DNA of 64,000 nucleotides from an uncultured virus (IMG/VR IMGVR_UViG_3300025751_000002) (IMGVR_UViG_3300025751_000002); one strand, 5' to 3'; shown: positions 1 through 8,810, counted from the first letter of the stretch. A program made the numbers and translations. The notes: generated by a model not told the origin, from the sequence alone.

Positions 1-34
1 CATGATATTTATCTTTTATTAGTATTATAAGCCG

Positions 35-595
35 TTAGGCTTCCTCATCTTTTTTGATGTCTTCACCATCTTTTGGTTGTTCGTTAAGAAGAGAAGCAAC
101 AGATTGATTACCCTCTGCTTCGTTTAATGCACGCTTCTCTGCTGCAGCCATCATGTAACCCTTAGGATCAGGATTACGCATACGTGGCATAGGACTTGAA
201 CTCCTCTTATCAGGAGCTACGGTCGGACTAATGCGATATGCTTCCACCCAAACGGGAGAGAAACCAGGTTGATCCTCTGGACGTAAAGGAGTTAATGCAC
301 GTCCTTCGTTAAAGTCATAGCTTTCTTTACGAACAAAGCGACCGATATTGGCAAAAGCTTCATACTCCTCTGGTACATCACCAACAAATTGAAGGGAGGG
401 GTTATGTTTTAACTTACGTGTTTGTAAACGATTTAATAAATCAGATTGTTCAAATCGGCTTGGTACCCAGGGTGGTGCACCAGTAGATGCTTTAACTGCA
501 AAGGAGTCATTGAAATTAACGTTCCTTTTTTTGACAAAAGGATCCTTAGTGAAATCAATGTAACGATCTAATGCAAGCCGATGATCTTTAGCCAT
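35..595 (-). CDS. hypothetical phage protein
   Basis: 186-aa ORF, ATG start, 8-nt overlap with the upstream ORF. Confidence 0.7.
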   Translation of the reverse strand: MAKDHRLALDRYIDFTKDPFVKKRNVNFNDSFAVKASTGAPPWVPSRFEQSDLLNRLQTRKLKHNPSLQFVGDVPEEYEAFANIGRFVRKESYDFNEGRALTPLRPEDQPGFSPVWVEAYRISPTVAPDKRSSSPMPRMRNPDPKGYMMAAAEKRALNEAEGNQSVASLLNEQPKDGEDIKKDEEA

Positions 596-812
596 TGTCT
601 TTAGCTTTCTTGCGTTGCTTTAACCCTACCAGTGTTTTGCGTAGCCGTGCTTGTTTCACAGTTTTATCATCGTACTTATCAGGATTTGATAGTACATTTT
701 CTTGTAACTGAGCAGTGGTGATACCTTTGCGTTCAGCTTTAGCAGTAAAGGCACCCTCCTTCATCTCCATGCCTTGAATCCACTTTTTATTTTTCTTTTT
801 CTTTTCAGCCAT
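588..812 (-). CDS. small basic hypothetical protein
   Basis: 74 aa, Lys-rich, operon-like packing. Confidence 0.7.
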   Translation of the reverse strand: MAEKKKKNKKWIQGMEMKEGAFTAKAERKGITTAQLQENVLSNPDKYDDKTVKQARLRKTLVGLKQRKKAKDNG

Positions 813-814
813 GA

Positions 815-2725
815 CTACACATTAAAACCGCGTTGACGTAACACCATTTGCGGATCGCGTCCCTCAATTATAGCTTGACGTACAATTTGACTTGCATCAA
901 TACTACGGCGAGCAACAGCTGTGGGACGACGTTCTGTCATTTGCTCCAGGCTAGGTGGAATTGGTACATCACCTTCAGGAGAAGCTGTGGCTTGTTCCAA
1001 TCCTTCACGCACTAACTCGTTAATTGTCATTTGAGTCGGACGTGTTGACTCAGATGAACGACGAGAGGTTTGTTCTATACCATAGACGCCACTTGTGCTG
1101 CCGGTCTGTCCTTTGGGATCATACTCGGCGACTAGACGACCACCGCCAGTTTTAGGATCTAAATCAACGGAGCGACGCCCGGCTCGTAACTCAAGAGTTT
1201 GAGGGATAATATTACCTTGCGCATCATACTCATAAAACGGACGCACGCCCTCTTGAAAATCACCAAGTTTATAAGTAGATCCCAGTGATTCCAGGGAGCC
1301 CATATACCGCCGTAAAAAATCACGCTCTTCAAGCGCATCTCCTAAATCAACATTAAGAGCCTCTGGTTTGGGTAAGTTTTGTTGTTCGTATTTAACCTGG
1401 CCGAACATCTTGGTATACGCACCACCACCTTTGGGATCGCGATCCATAGCAACACGAAGCATTAACTCTTGTTCACCAAGCTCTTCTGCTTTAGCCGCTA
1501 ATTGTTGTTGTTGTAAACCAATGGAAGAAATTTCATTGGTAAGTTCAATGTCACGTTCAAGTAAATCTCCTGTGTTTTCTGGATAATTTGTTTTTTTATA
1601 AAACTGTCCGGTTGGAAATTCTTCTGTATTAATACCCATTTGCACTGTAGGTTTTACAGTGACCGGAGTAGAAGGAGCGGCAGAAAAACGAGAAAGTACG
1701 TTGGGGTCACCAGTGCTTGCATAAAGCTCTGCTGCCTCAAGAAGTTCAGGATTTTCACTTAAAATTCGTTCAGTACGTGTTGGGCTAAACTGACCAGAAA
1801 GTTCTTGACGTTTTTGTGACAAGAACGACTGTGCTTGTTGTTGTCGTCCTTGAGTTGCAGCAGGTAGTAACCGAAGAGGCTGTGGGCCATACTGTTTGCC
1901 TTCTTGTACCAAATTAGGTACTGTTGCATCCCCCCAAAAATTAGTTTGATCCACAGGAACACCATCTGGTGTCATGGACGCAGCAACATTTGCATTACCT
2001 GTTTGACGTGCAACTTGGTTGACTTGAGAAGCATCAAGATCTTCATTGCGCTGCACACCACGTAACACTCGACCCGTCCTTTGATCTTCGCCAGATTCCA
2101 GGGCAGCCATTGTTTGCGAAGAAAGATTTTGAATATTTCCAGTGCTCTGTCCGCGCCTAAATATTTCTCCTGTATTTGGATCTGTAATTAATACATCTTC
2201 AGTAGAACCACCTTTAGGTATAAATACTTTCTGCAAATCTTCCGCAGGTTTTGCTGCAACTTTTTTATATACTTCAGCACGCCTTTGTTTTTCTGCGTTA
2301 GCTAAATATTCATCTAGATTTACGGTGGCCTGTGGGATTGCAGCTACTCTTGAAGGCGCTACGCCCTCACTAGAGGGTGGGGTGCCGGGGGTGGGCGGCG
2401 CAGGTGTCCTAGGCGCAGTAGTACCAGAAGTCCGACCAGTGGCCGCCTGACGAACGATACCTAAATCACGTTGAGGTGTACTTTGGGTCTTGGTACCACG
2501 GGCAAATCTTCTTGTTCCTGCGAGTGCAGCACCTAATGCACCAAGGCCTAATACCGTACCGCCAAGGATTGCAGGAAGATTTGACTGTTGTTCCGGTTGT
2601 GCAAGTTGCCCGCGGCGGAATGCAAGTACCTCAGGAGCTAATTCGGCCCGTTCCTGCGGTGATTCTGGGTATGGAGCACCAGTAGCACGACTATATGCAG
2701 CAAAATCAGCAGGAGATAAGGCCAT
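815..2725 (-). CDS. large hypothetical protein (possible internal virion protein)
   Basis: 636-aa ORF, low-complexity Gln/Pro/Thr stretches, one hydrophobic Gly/Ala segment. Confidence 0.75.
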   Translation of the reverse strand: MALSPADFAAYSRATGAPYPESPQERAELAPEVLAFRRGQLAQPEQQSNLPAILGGTVLGLGALGAALAGTRRFARGTKTQSTPQRDLGIVRQAATGRTSGTTAPRTPAPPTPGTPPSSEGVAPSRVAAIPQATVNLDEYLANAEKQRRAEVYKKVAAKPAEDLQKVFIPKGGSTEDVLITDPNTGEIFRRGQSTGNIQNLSSQTMAALESGEDQRTGRVLRGVQRNEDLDASQVNQVARQTGNANVAASMTPDGVPVDQTNFWGDATVPNLVQEGKQYGPQPLRLLPAATQGRQQQAQSFLSQKRQELSGQFSPTRTERILSENPELLEAAELYASTGDPNVLSRFSAAPSTPVTVKPTVQMGINTEEFPTGQFYKKTNYPENTGDLLERDIELTNEISSIGLQQQQLAAKAEELGEQELMLRVAMDRDPKGGGAYTKMFGQVKYEQQNLPKPEALNVDLGDALEERDFLRRYMGSLESLGSTYKLGDFQEGVRPFYEYDAQGNIIPQTLELRAGRRSVDLDPKTGGGRLVAEYDPKGQTGSTSGVYGIEQTSRRSSESTRPTQMTINELVREGLEQATASPEGDVPIPPSLEQMTERRPTAVARRSIDASQIVRQAIIEGRDPQMVLRQRGFNV

Positions 2726-2837
2726 GAGTAGATTATTTGCTATCGATTAACCTGATATCTGTATTTTAAGGCAATAACGCAAAAAGATATGCGGTAAAGT
2801 AGTAATAACACAAGAAATATCAGTAGATTGCGTTACG

Positions 2838-3047
2838 ATGAACCCAAAGAACCGGGCTGAGCGCATTATTGCGTTAGAAGCAATTGAAAATGAAGCAAAA
2901 AAGCTTGCAGATAGCGGTGGTGATGAGATTGATGTACGTAATTTCATCTCTGGCGCACGCGAAGAGCTGGTAAAGCAACGTCCTGATAAAGAATCTTATT
3001 TTGAAGCAGCTGTTGCTGCAAAAAAATCAAAAGATTCCCGTAGATGA
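2838..3047 (+). CDS. hypothetical protein
   Basis: 69-aa helical-looking ORF followed by a terminator. Confidence 0.6.
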   Translation: MNPKNRAERIIALEAIENEAKKLADSGGDEIDVRNFISGAREELVKQRPDKESYFEAAVAAKKSKDSRR

Positions 3048-3083
3048 GAGTTTGCTTAGAACTTAATTAAAACTTAGTTAAAG

Positions 3084-3110
3084 GCCGGGGAAAAAGACCC
3101 CGGCTTTTTT
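3084..3110 (+). terminator. intrinsic terminator
   Basis: GCCGGGG-aaaaaga-CCCCGGC followed by T6. Confidence 0.8.
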
Positions 3111-3345
3111 GTCTGTAACGTTGGGCAAATCCCTTGGTATGACTACACTTTTTCGTTATTAATTCGTATTTTAGACAATTTTAATTATTAATTCGTGTCA
3201 CGTAGCTCCAGGGACCCATCCTTTGTTGCGGGCGGCGGCTCCTTATAGGTCAAAAAAGGATAAAAAATTTTCTGACGCTTCTGTAATACCCCATATGCCG
3301 TGGGATGTGTATAGAAAAAAAGAAAGGGTAAGGGTTAGATGTTGT

Positions 3346-3372
3346 CGGGGGCTGCGCATCCGTAAAACGCAG
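3346..3372 (+). ncRNA. variant H-type pseudoknot leader (family A-like)
   Basis: CGGG/TCCG stem, CTGCG/CGCAG second stem, TAAAA loop, 23 nt before ATG 3396. Confidence 0.4.
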
Positions 3373-3395
3373 GCGTTGTTTACCAATTCAAGTCA

Positions 3396-3692
3396 ATGAC
3401 CAAGTTTACAATCAGCATTTCAGAGATGTCTGAACGAATCAGCCAAGCAAGTTTGGCACTTTTCGACGGTAAGAAGGTTAAGTTAGCTCCAGGAGTATTC
3501 CGCGCTAGCGGAATGACACCAGTCGAGTTAATGAAGGAAGTGAAAGCTTCGTTAGTGTGCCAGGAGACAGAGGAACATCTGTCAAAGTTTGGCATTAAAG
3601 CTGGCGAGCGAAAGCAACGTGAGTGGAAAGTGAACGTAACTAGAAGAGCAGAAGACAAGAGCTTCGTTCTTTCAGCTGTTTGCATTGGTTGA
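3396..3692 (+). CDS. hypothetical early protein
   Basis: 98-aa ORF preceded by a CAATTCAA-type leader. Confidence 0.65.
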   Translation: MTKFTISISEMSERISQASLALFDGKKVKLAPGVFRASGMTPVELMKEVKASLVCQETEEHLSKFGIKAGERKQREWKVNVTRRAEDKSFVLSAVCIG

Positions 3693-3882
3693 ATGTTATC
3701 TTTTCCCCTGGTTTCCAGGGGTTTACATAGCATTTACCCTTGAAATGTCAGCATTTCCTGACTTGCGCTCATTATTGGACATCTCCGCGCTACACCTTTC
3801 GCCAGAAAGAACAGTTTGTTGTTTAATCACTGCGTCAAGCAGTGAATTATACCAGAGTTAATACTGTTTTTAGTTAGGTATT

Positions 3883-3908
3883 ACGTCGAGCTGGACGTTA
3901 AACGTAGC
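3883..3908 (+). ncRNA. family A pseudoknot leader, copy 1
   Basis: CGTC-gagctg-GACG-TTAAAC-gtagc. Confidence 0.55.
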
Positions 3909-3930
3909 ACAATTCAATCGCATTTCACCA

Positions 3931-4077
3931 ATGAACATCGATCAGGCTAATCGTTTGGAACAGCTCATGCTTCAGTTTGCAGATCTTGTACGTGAAGTTG
4001 ATGATTCTCAACTGACTTATCTATTCGACGAGATGCTCAATTACATGGGCAACGAAGACAACTACGATTTCATCTGA
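3931..4077 (+). CDS. small acidic protein (48 aa, below ORF-track cutoff)
   Basis: MNIDQANRLEQLMLQFADLV...NYDFI*, bracketed by structured elements. Confidence 0.65.
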   Translation: MNIDQANRLEQLMLQFADLVREVDDSQLTYLFDEMLNYMGNEDNYDFI

Positions 4078-4138
4078 CCACAAGCGTGATGCCGGGGGAT
4101 CAAATCCCCTGGTCAGGTATTGCCACAATCCAGTGGCA
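4072..4138 (+). ncRNA. family C tRNA-like three-way junction plus hairpin, copy 1
   Basis: ATCTG/CAGGT closing stem, small hairpin, GCCGGGGG-ATCAAAT-CCCCTGGT arm, then TGCCAC/GTGGCA hairpin. Confidence 0.6.
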
Positions 4139-4155
4139 TCTATTCCATACAAACC

Positions 4156-4338
4156 ATGACTCAACGCATTGCATTTGTTGTTATTGTCGCTGCTACATTC
4201 ATGGGCATTGGTACTCAGATCACTATCCATAAGTTGGATGAGGCGACTGCAAAACAATGCTTAACACATGATTGGCCAGCAGACGCAGCTAACATCCACC
4301 TTGCGTGGTGTGCAGCTAACAACTACCCAACCAACTGA
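4156..4338 (+). CDS. small membrane-anchored Cys-pair protein (paralog 1)
   Basis: N-terminal hydrophobic helix, LDEATAKQC..HDWP...IH..WC motif. Confidence 0.7.
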   Translation: MTQRIAFVVIVAATFMGIGTQITIHKLDEATAKQCLTHDWPADAANIHLAWCAANNYPTN

Positions 4339-4402
4339 TCCGTTAAAGCGGGTGACCAGGTGCAAACCCTGGTCCAGTTTTTGCCCTCAGCGGAGATGGG
4401 CA
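4333..4402 (+). ncRNA. family C element, copy 2
   Basis: AACTG/CAGTT stem, TCCG/CGGG hairpin, GACCAGG-TGCAAAC-CCTGGTC arm, TGCCC/GGGCA hairpin. Confidence 0.6.
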
Positions 4403-4422
4403 CCGCACAACAGGAGTTTCCT

Positions 4423-4611
4423 GTGACTACTGCACACAAAGCCATCCTTATCTACGTTGTTATCAATGTAGTTGTTGGTATACCAGCTGCCTTGATTGGT
4501 GCTCGTCACCTCGATCAAGCAACAGCTAAGCAGTGCAAAGCGCACGACTGGCCTGCTGCTGCACATCAGATCCATATGGATTGGTGCGCAGATAACGGTT
4601 ACGACACCTGA
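4423..4611 (+). CDS. small membrane-anchored Cys-pair protein (paralog 2)
   Basis: GTG start after CAGGAG; LDQATAKQC..HDWP...IH..WC motif shared with 4156-4338. Confidence 0.7.
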   Translation: MTTAHKAILIYVVINVVVGIPAALIGARHLDQATAKQCKAHDWPAAAHQIHMDWCADNGYDT

Positions 4612-4672
4612 TTCGTTAAGGCGAGTGGTAGGGTTCAAACCCCTACCCAGGTATTGCCACAATCCCGTGGCA
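4606..4672 (+). ncRNA. family C element, copy 3
   Basis: ACCTG/CAGGT stem, TTCG/CGAG hairpin, GGTAGGG-TTCAAAC-CCCTACC arm, TGCCAC/GTGGCA hairpin. Confidence 0.6.
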
Positions 4673-4690
4673 TCTATTCAACTACAGCTC

Positions 4691-4954
4691 ATGGAACCCC
4701 TCATCTATCAACCCTTGGCTGAGAAAACGTATCGTGTCACATGGTACGGCAGTGAGAATCAAATCCATTTCGAGAAGTGGTGCCTAGTAGCAACACCTAA
4801 CTTCGATGGGCCACACGAGTGGATAGCAATTGACACTCGTACATTAATGGGAGGTTTGCCTACTGGTACCAAAGAACTTCACCAAGAGATGGAGGAGTAT
4901 TACAACTACTGCATCGTCATGGAGATGGACTACATCGAATCTCTTATCCACTAG
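4691..4954 (+). CDS. hypothetical protein
   Basis: ATG 4691 in ORF 4496-4954, directly downstream of element C3. Confidence 0.65.
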   Translation: MEPLIYQPLAEKTYRVTWYGSENQIHFEKWCLVATPNFDGPHEWIAIDTRTLMGGLPTGTKELHQEMEEYYNYCIVMEMDYIESLIH

Positions 4955-5044
4955 ATTCCTGCACTTAACCCTACTTACGTAAGTGAGTGGGTTTTCTGCA
5001 GGATTCACATCCTGCATCAACCAAATCAATTCACATGGAGAACC

Positions 5045-5407
5045 ATGAATTATCTCACTCTCATCCACCACCTCGACACAGCAGTACAACTGGTAAGTAA
5101 GTTGTATGCACTAGGTGGAGAACTCTTTAGCATCACAGCGATGCTCTGGTGCTTGAACATCATTGCTTCAATGATTAAGAAGACATACCAGGCAGGTTAT
5201 GCCATTGGTAGTTTCTATCGTCAGTATTTACATCAACACTGTAAGTGGGTAGCAATCCACTTGGTAGCACTCATTGTGTTGATCATCCAGATGTTCTGGG
5301 AAGGTTGCATGTACATTTACCAGAACAGACAGAAGTATTACAAGGTAGTTAACGATATCAGGAATGACATTGGCATGTTGTTTGCATATCGTTACCTCAT
5401 CAACTAA
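5045..5407 (+). CDS. hypothetical membrane protein
   Basis: 120 aa with two hydrophobic segments. Confidence 0.65.
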   Translation: MNYLTLIHHLDTAVQLVSKLYALGGELFSITAMLWCLNIIASMIKKTYQAGYAIGSFYRQYLHQHCKWVAIHLVALIVLIIQMFWEGCMYIYQNRQKYYKVVNDIRNDIGMLFAYRYLIN

Positions 5408-5410
5408 TCA

Positions 5411-5447
5411 CTGGGCATCCACATAATATGTGTGGTGTAAGCCCCAG
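5411..5447 (+). ncRNA. family B bulged-hairpin leader, copy 1
   Basis: CTGGG-CATCCAC...GTGGTG-TAAGC-CCCAG. Confidence 0.55.
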
Positions 5448-5475
5448 GGATTCCAACCACTGTTAAGTTCAACTT

Positions 5476-5739
5476 ATGCCAATCACGTTTGACAATTCAG
5501 AGCTAAAGCAAGCTTTATATCAATTCGACATCAATGAAGAGGATTATTACATCCTTTGTACTGAAAACACTGTCTATATTGTGTGGTGTACCCATGGCAC
5601 AGATGCTTTGGCGCATGCGCGCCAGAATGACTGTGTATCAGTTGAAATCAAAGGTGAATGGTTTTACGCCGAAGAACTTCATGATTTTTTCGAGCCCCCG
5701 CACTGGGTTTGTGCACGTTACATCCTTGCTACTAATTGA
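5476..5739 (+). CDS. hypothetical protein
   Basis: 87-aa ATG ORF. Confidence 0.6.
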   Translation: MPITFDNSELKQALYQFDINEEDYYILCTENTVYIVWCTHGTDALAHARQNDCVSVEIKGEWFYAEELHDFFEPPHWVCARYILATN

Positions 5740-5742
5740 ATC

Positions 5743-5952
5743 ATGACTATTTACCGCATGGGCAAAGGTTTTGTGACCATTGACTCTCATCCCGAGTCCA
5801 ATAAGACTCGATGGGATGATATTGCAGTGGCAGCACTTGCAATCATCCTTGCTGCACTATCAGTACCTGCATTGTTAGGTATTGATATCACCAAGCTCAA
5901 CCCACAACAAACCTCTTGTCATCATGAGCATTCACGTAGCGTTAATCTCTGA
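5743..5952 (+). CDS. small membrane protein
   Basis: hydrophobic segment IAVAALAIILAALSVPALL. Confidence 0.55.
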   Translation: MTIYRMGKGFVTIDSHPESNKTRWDDIAVAALAIILAALSVPALLGIDITKLNPQQTSCHHEHSRSVNL

Positions 5953-6151
5953 CTACGGTTCCGGTATTTGGCATGTTTATGGCGAAGCACAAAGCTTTGG
6001 TATGTTCGCATGTCAACTCGAAGACCTGGGTTGCCAGGTCATCGAGAATCAATCGGATGAATGGGAGGGATGCACCAAGGAAGAAGTAGAGGAGGATGCG
6101 TGCTCCATTGCACAACTCCTCGCTGATCCTAGGTTCACACCACATATGTAG
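5924..6151 (+). CDS. hypothetical acidic protein
   Basis: ATG 5924 within ORF 5882-6151. Confidence 0.55.
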   Translation: MSIHVALISDYGSGIWHVYGEAQSFGMFACQLEDLGCQVIENQSDEWEGCTKEEVEEDACSIAQLLADPRFTPHM

Positions 6152-6226
6152 CGTGTGACCTGACCTCAGACTCTATACCTAGTACTTGTCTTTGGATGAG
6201 TACTAGGTATTATTTCAACGCACCTA

Positions 6227-6718
6227 ATGCATCCCATGGAAGCACTCAGTCAAGTTGATGTTTCAAAACCAGATCACGTCAGTGTGATTACCAGGGATAA
6301 CAAGGTGACCATCTCAGTTACAAAGGATGGGCAATCAGTTACCCTAGGTTTCCAACTGTTGAAATCAGTTAGTAATCAAAGTAAGCAACCTGTTGAGAAG
6401 GTTGATCTACTCGACTTGTTCTCTTCCCCCACACCCCCGAAACAGCCGACACCACAGGCAAAGGCTGTTAAGGTAGATCCTCCAAACATTAGCCTACGGA
6501 AACGTATGGCTAGATCAAGGCATTATGTCAATGGTAATGCCAAGTTAGGAAGTAAGGAGGTGCGTGAAATCAAACAACTATTAGCCGATGAAGCATTCAT
6601 GAATGAGTATACAACTCGCAATGAAGGTTTCAAAGAACTGGCTAAGATTTATGGAGTGACAAGCACTTCCATATCCAATATTGATCGTGGTATTTCATGG
6701 AATAATATTACGATCTAA
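6227..6718 (+). CDS. protein with C-terminal helix-turn-helix DNA-binding domain
   Basis: NAKL..KEVREIK...KELAKIYGVTSTSISNIDRGISW. Confidence 0.65.
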   Translation: MHPMEALSQVDVSKPDHVSVITRDNKVTISVTKDGQSVTLGFQLLKSVSNQSKQPVEKVDLLDLFSSPTPPKQPTPQAKAVKVDPPNISLRKRMARSRHYVNGNAKLGSKEVREIKQLLADEAFMNEYTTRNEGFKELAKIYGVTSTSISNIDRGISWNNITI

Positions 6719-6786
6719 ACCCTGTTATATCTGAAGTATTGGTTGGCACGTAAGATTTGCCAATACATGCCAATGCTTCAGCAAAC

Positions 6787-6837
6787 ACTAGGCATCCACT
6801 ATTGAGAACTATTCTCATCTGTGGTGTAAGTCCTAGT
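6787..6837 (+). ncRNA. family B leader, copy 2
   Basis: ACTAGG-CATCCAC...GTGGTG-TAAGT-CCTAGT. Confidence 0.6.
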
Positions 6838-6866
6838 CCTTCCCAAACCCTACCTCAATTCAAACC

Positions 6867-7142
6867 ATGCAGGACCCTACCTTCATCGATGCACAACGCA
6901 ATGCTGATCTCTTGGATACCATGGCAGATTATGCATTCGAACTAGAAGAAGCAATGCGTGAAGCAGAGCTTACTGAAATCCATTGGGTGTGCGTCGGTTA
7001 TGACACACTCCAGATGAGGAATGATGCATTGGGTTACATGGCAGATACTGCATTACAAGCAGAAGATATCTGTCGTAAGCTTCACCCAAACTTTGACATC
7101 TACTACACCAAGCGTTGCGAAGATTGGGAAGCAACCAAATGA
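6867..7142 (+). CDS. hypothetical protein
   Basis: 91-aa ORF with CTCAATTCAAACC-ATG leader. Confidence 0.65.
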   Translation: MQDPTFIDAQRNADLLDTMADYAFELEEAMREAELTEIHWVCVGYDTLQMRNDALGYMADTALQAEDICRKLHPNFDIYYTKRCEDWEATK

Positions 7143-7233
7143 ATCAATCACTTTGGAAACAATGTTGGGATGACGGTAACATCGTCATCCTTTTTATTGC
7201 AATCACTTCACTCATCATCACGGAACTACTGTC

Positions 7234-7605
7234 ATGCTTCATCCAGAAACCCAAGCAATCGCCAAAGCAATCACTGGTTACGAACCGTTCGAAGGCGATG
7301 AATGCCTTGAGCAATACCAAGCTGAAATCAACTTCGATCCCAAAGGAGTTGTCCTCGGAAAGCTTGACACCTACCCCAAGAACGGATCAGTGTACCGCAC
7401 CAAAGGAACCCTTAGGCTCTACTGGAAACCAACCGGAGGTAACTACTCGCAAGAAGACAAGGATGCGCTCCAAGGATGGTACGACATCCCGTGCAACGAA
7501 GACATAGAGGAATGGACAATGGATAGCGTATGCTTTACACCAGGTGATGATGAGGTTGAACCCGATCATCCAGACAGCTGGCTATCGTTGCTCGGACTCA
7601 TCTAA
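7234..7605 (+). CDS. hypothetical protein
   Basis: 123 aa ending VEPDHPDSWLSLLGLI. Confidence 0.65.
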   Translation: MLHPETQAIAKAITGYEPFEGDECLEQYQAEINFDPKGVVLGKLDTYPKNGSVYRTKGTLRLYWKPTGGNYSQEDKDALQGWYDIPCNEDIEEWTMDSVCFTPGDDEVEPDHPDSWLSLLGLI

Positions 7606-7621
7606 CCAATCAACTGAACTT

Positions 7622-7849
7622 ATGCAACCTCCAATTGGATTAACTGTCAACCAACGTAATCTCTACATGTATTACTTAAATCACATGAAGAAACGTCCTG
7701 ACGAACCATGTTATGTACCGATGCTTCCAAACCCAAGTAGGTTGAAGTATTACATGATTGCTATCCAACGACTGGAGGAGCATAAACTAGTAGCAGTCGA
7801 TCGAACTGCTGGGCATTACACCAGGTGGATCTTAAAGAAGCCTGAGTAA
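7622..7849 (+). CDS. hypothetical protein, possible winged helix
   Basis: LTVNQRNLY...AIQRLEEHKLV pattern. Confidence 0.5.
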   Translation: MQPPIGLTVNQRNLYMYYLNHMKKRPDEPCYVPMLPNPSRLKYYMIAIQRLEEHKLVAVDRTAGHYTRWILKKPE

Positions 7850-7851
7850 AT

Positions 7852-7904
7852 GCATGGGCATCCACTATTGAGAACTATTCTCATCTGTGGTATAAGTCCC
7901 ATGC
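7852..7904 (+). ncRNA. family B leader, copy 3
   Basis: GCATGGG-CATCCAC...GTGGTA-TAAGT-CCCATGC; core nearly identical to copy 2. Confidence 0.6.
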
Positions 7905-7932
7905 TAACCGTACACCTTTTACAACACAGCTC

Positions 7933-8268
7933 ATGACCAACCAAAGCTTTCCTGAAGTGCCTCCCACTGGCGTTCCCTCTGACGCAGTTCTTAAAGTGAA
8001 CTGGGTCAAGAACGAGTACTACTACGTTCAACAAGCTTTGACATTACTGAAAGATGTCATTGCACGTGAATCCAAGAGGCATGAGATGGATCAATATCTC
8101 ACACCAAGTATGTATGCAATGCTTGATGATGAGATCATTCCAATGCTAGAGAATGAACTGGACTACGAACCAAGTGATGCAGATCTTGGTTACGGTAGTG
8201 AACCACCTATGACAATGGATGAGATGTATAAGAAAGCAGTCGAGGACAAGCGTATCGCCTGGTCGTAA
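7933..8268 (+). CDS. hypothetical protein
   Basis: 111-aa ATG ORF. Confidence 0.65.
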   Translation: MTNQSFPEVPPTGVPSDAVLKVNWVKNEYYYVQQALTLLKDVIARESKRHEMDQYLTPSMYAMLDDEIIPMLENELDYEPSDADLGYGSEPPMTMDEMYKKAVEDKRIAWS

Positions 8269-8363
8269 GCTTTCCCCCCAAACCCCCCTGGAAGAGAACC
8301 AGGGGGGAATCTTTTATTAGTATTAGTTAATTACTTTAATCAACCTTCAAATAATCTTTAATC

Positions 8364-8564
8364 ATGACTAAACCTAAATCCTCTATCAACTTTGATAGAA
8401 CCATTGCTGGATTCAATGTTACAGAACATGGTGTTCAATCGTATTCCAAATCAATCAAGCTTGGTCCTTTACAACTAACTATTAATGCCCGTGGCTCAGG
8501 TGTCCGTGGATCAATTAGTATTCCTGGCACAGGCCTGAGCAAACGGAACATCAAGTTGTTCTAA
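8364..8564 (+). CDS. DUF4236-like small protein
   Basis: SKSIKLGPLQLTIN...SISIPGTGLS motif. Confidence 0.55.
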   Translation: MTKPKSSINFDRTIAGFNVTEHGVQSYSKSIKLGPLQLTINARGSGVRGSISIPGTGLSKRNIKLF

Positions 8565-8589
8565 CCAAACATTAAGAGAATCTAAAGCA

Positions 8590-8616
8590 CTGGGCGTCCT
8601 TTGGTGTAAGTCCCAG
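8590..8616 (+). ncRNA. family B leader, copy 4 (minimal)
   Basis: CTGGG-CGTCC-TTT-GGTG-TAAGT-CCCAG. Confidence 0.6.
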
Positions 8617-8642
8617 CTTCTAACCCAACTCCAACTTCAATC

Positions 8643-8810
8643 ATGCTTAATTTGTTTGATCGTATCAACATTGCTTCCTGCGCTGTCAAACGCGCAGAGA
8701 AAGCAATCCTTAAAGAAGATACTTTCCATGGCGAGTGGGAAACTGCTCGTGCCTGGACTAGGTATCGTTGCTACATCTCACCCAAGTGTCAATTCGTGGA
8801 GTGCGACTGA
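8643..8810 (+). CDS. small hypothetical protein (55 aa, below track cutoff)
   Basis: MLNLFDRINIASC...FVECD*, TGATG-coupled to the next gene. Confidence 0.6.
   Translation: MLNLFDRINIASCAVKRAEKAILKEDTFHGEWETARAWTRYRCYISPKCQFVECD

Noticed and set aside
1368..2750. Antisense and alternate-frame ORFs over long genes (here and throughout the track)
   Set aside because: Shadow ORFs inside well-supported CDSs with no independent signals.
4072..4672. CRISPR-like array
   Set aside because: Repeats are divergent in sequence, the intervals are about 200-bp protein-coding ORFs, and no cas operon is present.
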